NCBI RefSeq assembly: GCF_000315625.1 | Contig: NW_005434574.1 | Location: 215,719-279,718 of the forward strand | Direction of reading: 5' to 3' | DNA: 64,000 bases | Source: Guillardia theta CCMP2712 | Taxonomy: Eukaryota > Protista > Cryptophyta | Part shown: positions 63,282 through 64,000 of the stretch, piece after piece | Layout of the letters: every line of letters starts with the position of its first letter | How positions within the stretch are numbered: position 1 is the stretch's first letter | Program-made: the position numbers and the translations under genes | Notes under the pieces: generated by a model | Databases searched by the model: none | The model's input: the letters and a program-made list of their open reading frames with translations, nothing else | What the model was told of the DNA's origin: nothing

Positions 63282-64000
63282 TGTCTTGGTTGCAGCTAGC
63301 CACAGGCTTGAGGAAGACGTGTCTGTCTTTATCCTCCTTCCGATTCATCCGATTCCTTCACGTTCTCCATGAGAGTCTCCTCGGTGACATCACCCGAGAC
63401 ACCCTCCCTGAATCGGATAGAAGACGGAAGACTGACAATTCTCGAGCGACACGGACTCGGTGGCAAGGGTCCGAGAAACCCTCCCTGAATCGGAGAAAAG
63501 ACGGAAGATAAAGCCTGGAAGCCACCGCAGCAGGATCGGTTGAATCTCCTTGTCGGAGACTGGAACTCGGATCACCGTCAATCACACACGGGGCATACAA
63601 CTTTGGCGACTGACGGCATGGGAACAGAGTAGCACTGTCCCTGACAGAAGCGCAGAGAGCATGAAGCGCAGAGAGCATGACAGGCGAGCATCCTCAGAGC
63701 AGCATATCCGGTAAGGGGTCTCCGAAGAGAAATTCACCAAGGAGCCTCCACCGATTCAAAGGCAGAACTTTCGTCAGCAAATCGCCAGGCTGATAAGAAG
63801 TATGAATCTTTTCTGGATAGAGCTCGTCCTTTTCTACCAAATCAACAGCATACTTCGTTCGAATATCAATGTGTTTGAGTCGACTATAACTTCGCTTGTC
63901 CCACAAAAGCCTCAGACATGGTTCATTGTCGATTAGCAAGAGAGTAGGACGAGTCTGCGTAAATCCCAGAAATCGGGCTCACTGCAGACTATATGGCAGC
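63282..64000 (-). mobile_element. 3' end of a Ty1/copia LTR retrotransposon (RNase H, PPT, candidate 120-bp LTR)
   Basis: LGFTQTRPTLLLIDNE…KHIDIR…IHTSYQPGDLLTK is copia RNase H (63694-63978). Purine tract AGGGAGGG (63402-63409, minus) abuts TGTCTCGG. Imperfect inverted end TGTCTTGG at 63282. An in-frame TGA at 63979-63981 suggests decay. Confidence 0.8.

Overview
Eukaryotic nuclear DNA. It has ~50-nt GT-AG introns, microsatellite-filled longer introns, and three genes with signal-peptide+Phe presequences, so it is most likely a secondary-plastid alga resembling the cryptophyte Guillardia (inference). There are three N gaps. Main contents: (1) a 5.1-kb DNA transposon (3299-8401) with 25-bp TIRs. 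It carries an intron-split DDE transposase with Transib/RAG1/Chapaev-type motifs and a convergent second gene with a possible BAH-like domain. (2) A cluster of at least four TKL-type kinase genes (one seen only as its 3' end at base 1) plus a fragment. Their cores are near-identical and patchwork, while their activation loops are unrelated. (3) An SDR, a phosphatidate cytidylyltransferase, a tRNA-binding OB-fold protein, a WW protein and several multi-exon hypothetical genes. (4) A ~6.6-kb membrane NRPS-like gene (A-T-TM/hexapeptide, Pls/polymalate-synthetase architecture) with a one-base frameshift. (5) A head-to-head pair of small orphan paralogs. (6) A duplicated ~1.1-kb repeat with a variable 40-bp minisatellite, recurrent GC-rich palindromic islands, and the 3' end of a Ty1/copia element. 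All gene models and alignments were done by eye.
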